DNA of 64,000 nt, taken from contig OZ360233.1 in assembly GCA_977017645.1 (NCBI GenBank), positions 21,452,001 to 21,516,000 of the forward strand, written 5' to 3'. Below are positions 62,016 through 64,000 of this stretch, piece after piece. The notes under the pieces were generated by a model. The model ran no database searches, was not told where the DNA came from, and saw nothing but the letters and a program-made list of their open reading frames with translations. This DNA is from Torpedo marmorata (Eukaryota). The position numbers were made by a program, and so were the translations under genes. The first letter of the stretch is position 1; every line of letters begins with the position of its first letter.

Positions 62016-62225
62016 AGCGTGTGTGCATAACTGTAAATCCTTCCTGATATTTGAGGAGGTATTTGATAAATTGTGGACCCCAATAAGCCTTGTGCTTTTC
62101 ATGAATCGAATCTGAAACTAATCGATTCTCTTGACTTCCCAAGCCGAAAGAGTAAGCGTGTCAGCCGCTAGGAATTCAGGCAGCTAGTATTTGGGACAAA
62201 AACTCGAGTATTTGTCTAAACAACA
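62016..62225 (+). pseudogene. TRAJ: Two degenerate J remnants (paralogs of 51094 and 51243)
   Basis: Collinear similarity to 51087-51305. Confidence 0.6.
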
Positions 62226-63216
62226 AAGGGCTGAGAAGGCCATTCTATTTTAATACTCTTCATTACAAATAAAATCTTACCATTAATTCTAAATGCAGGC
62301 TCAAAGCAAATATGAAAATTGTTAAAGACATCATCCCCATCACAAAAATTAGAGGACAGTGAGTGTTACTTAATATATATTCTGCATAAAATGCAGACCA
62401 GTCGATTATATTCCCCTTTTCAGAATTTCCTCCATATCTTGACGTTAAAAAATTCTATCATCAGGTGAAATAAAGTTTCATACGGATTTACAAGTAGGCG
62501 GGCTGACAGGCCGACGGCTGACAGTCATATAAATGAATCGATAGATAAACACATAAATCTATAAACAGACGGACNNNNNNNNNNNNNNNNNNNNNNNNNN
62601 NNNNNNNNNNNNNNNNNNNNNNNNNNNNNNNNNNNNNNNNNNNNNNNNNNNNNNNNNNNNNNNNNNNNNNNNNNNNNNNNNNNNNNNNNNNNNNNNNNNN
62701 NNNNNNNNNNNNNNNNNNNNNNNNNNNNNNNNNNNNNNNNNNNNNNNNNNNNNNNNNNNNNNNNNNNNNNNNNCATCCCAAAGCTTGGTAAGGTAATAAG
62801 TTGCCATAAATTATTCCTAGTGCGCAGGTGAGTGGTAAAATCTGAAGAGAATTAATAGGTGGCGAGAATAAATTTTGTGGGAACAGGATCAATATGATTG
62901 GGTGAACGAGTGGTCCTAATGGCCTCATGTCGTGCTGTATTGCTCTCTGATTCATGCATATAGAGTTTTGAAGATCAGCACCGATTCGGTGGGCTGAAGG
63001 GCCAGATTGTGTGATCTTTGAGGGAATCAATGCATTCATAAATTGACACATTCGCGATATGCTGTCAAATAAAGTAGATAGATAATAAAGGAATATTTAT
63101 AGAATTTGCAGTTATGAATGCAAACGACAGAACATTAAATTTAATTGCACCCATTAGTATTTCCGATAAACTGCCCCTTAATTGTTAGAGTTATTGTGAA
63201 GCCATCTGGCACTGTG

Positions 63217-63273
63217 TGAATATTAACAACAAACTCACCTTTGGATCGGGGACCACGTTGACCGTAATTCCAA
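63217..63273 (+). CDS. TRAJ: J segment NINNKLTFGSGTTLTVIP
   Basis: nonamer AGTTATTGT 63189-63197, heptamer CACTGTG 63210-63216, donor GTAAAT. Confidence 0.91.
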
Positions 63274-63429
63274 GTAAATCAACCTCTATCGCCATAACAA
63301 TATACGATTTATTCTCGTAAATAGCTGGGAGATGTTTGCATTTACGACTACCTATGATAACAGGATTGCAATTAAGGATAATATGGGGTTAACTAGTGGG
63401 TATTTACTGTAAGAGAGACAAACACTGTG

Positions 63430-63492
63430 TGAATTATGGAAATAATAACAAATTCATCTTTGGAAGTGGAACAAAAATGTTTGTGGAAACCA
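63430..63492 (+). CDS. TRAJ: J segment NYGNNNKFIFGSGTKMFVET
   Basis: nonamer ATTTACTGT 63402-63410, heptamer CACTGTG 63423-63429, donor GTAAGT. Confidence 0.89.
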
Positions 63493-64000
63493 GTAAGTGC
63501 AATATGTGTTAATTCCCGTATGCTTAATTGAATTACAAAGAGACAATAAATACTCAAATAAATGTAGATGAGCAAAAAAAAAAGAATCATCGTTTACTTT
63601 ATGGGTTTTTGGTGCCATTTCAGTCAGTAAAACTCAATGATGTTGTGAATACAGAAAATGCTGTAAATACTCAGCAGATTTGGGATTATCAGTGGAGAGT
63701 AAACCAGATTTGAAGTGTTAGGTAAAAGGCCCTTCATCAGGCTCTGTCAACTAACTCCGTTCTTTTCTCTACATATGCTGTTTGACCTGCTGGGTATTTC
63801 CATAATTTATCTTTTCTTTCTTTTCAAAAATTTTTTATTGAGTTTCAATAATAAACATGTATACAGAGTAACAAGATTAAGAAAAACATTCAAAAAATCA
63901 GCTGGTATTCATACATGTATATAAAAACCTAAGTGAATTGTCGTAACTAAATTCTTAATATAGGTTAAAACTATAGTTCCTTCTAATTATCTTTAAAAAA

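Larger units (their letters stand above)
491..63492 (+). other. TRAJ: T-cell receptor alpha J-segment cluster (about 73 J-like segments with 12-RSS)
   Basis: Repeated nonamer(GGTTTTTGT-like)-12 bp-heptamer(CACTGTG-like) + FGxGT-coding segment + GT donor, all in one orientation; no V, D or C exon seen. TRA identity inferred from this organisation. Confidence 0.88.

Noticed and set aside
491-63492. Repeat-spacer (CRISPR-like) or Ig-cluster interpretation of the recurring motifs
   Set aside because: The motifs are RSS plus J coding sequence at irregular kb spacing; shark Ig loci are V-(D)-J-C miniclusters and IgH J segments use 23-RSS and WGxG, neither of which is seen here

Overview
Vertebrate DNA, most likely from a cartilaginous fish (it carries HE1/V-SINEs, CR1 and L1 fragments, and Penelope-like hairpin repeats). 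The window is an array of antigen-receptor J gene segments, all on the + strand. Each segment has a nonamer-12 bp spacer-heptamer recombination signal (12-RSS), about 55-66 nt encoding an FGxGT framework-4 motif, and a phase-1 GT splice donor. I count about 73 J-like segments: about 39 apparently functional, about 11 with a variant motif or RSS, and about 23 pseudogenes. I saw no V, D or C exon. Many spaced 12-RSS J segments with no D or C best fit the T-cell receptor alpha J cluster (TRAJ); that assignment is an inference. The array grew by nested duplications. (i) A recent ~14.4-kb tandem repeat (period starts at 1, 14417 and 28759) has junctions carrying a ~480-bp, two-J insert copied from 45.9-46.4 kb. 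(ii) An older J-pair triplication lies inside that unit. (iii) An ancient five-J cassette is repeated about 6 times over 45-62.5 kb. Most ORF-track entries are spurious, retroelement fragments, or read-throughs of J segments. All coordinates and counts were done by eye.
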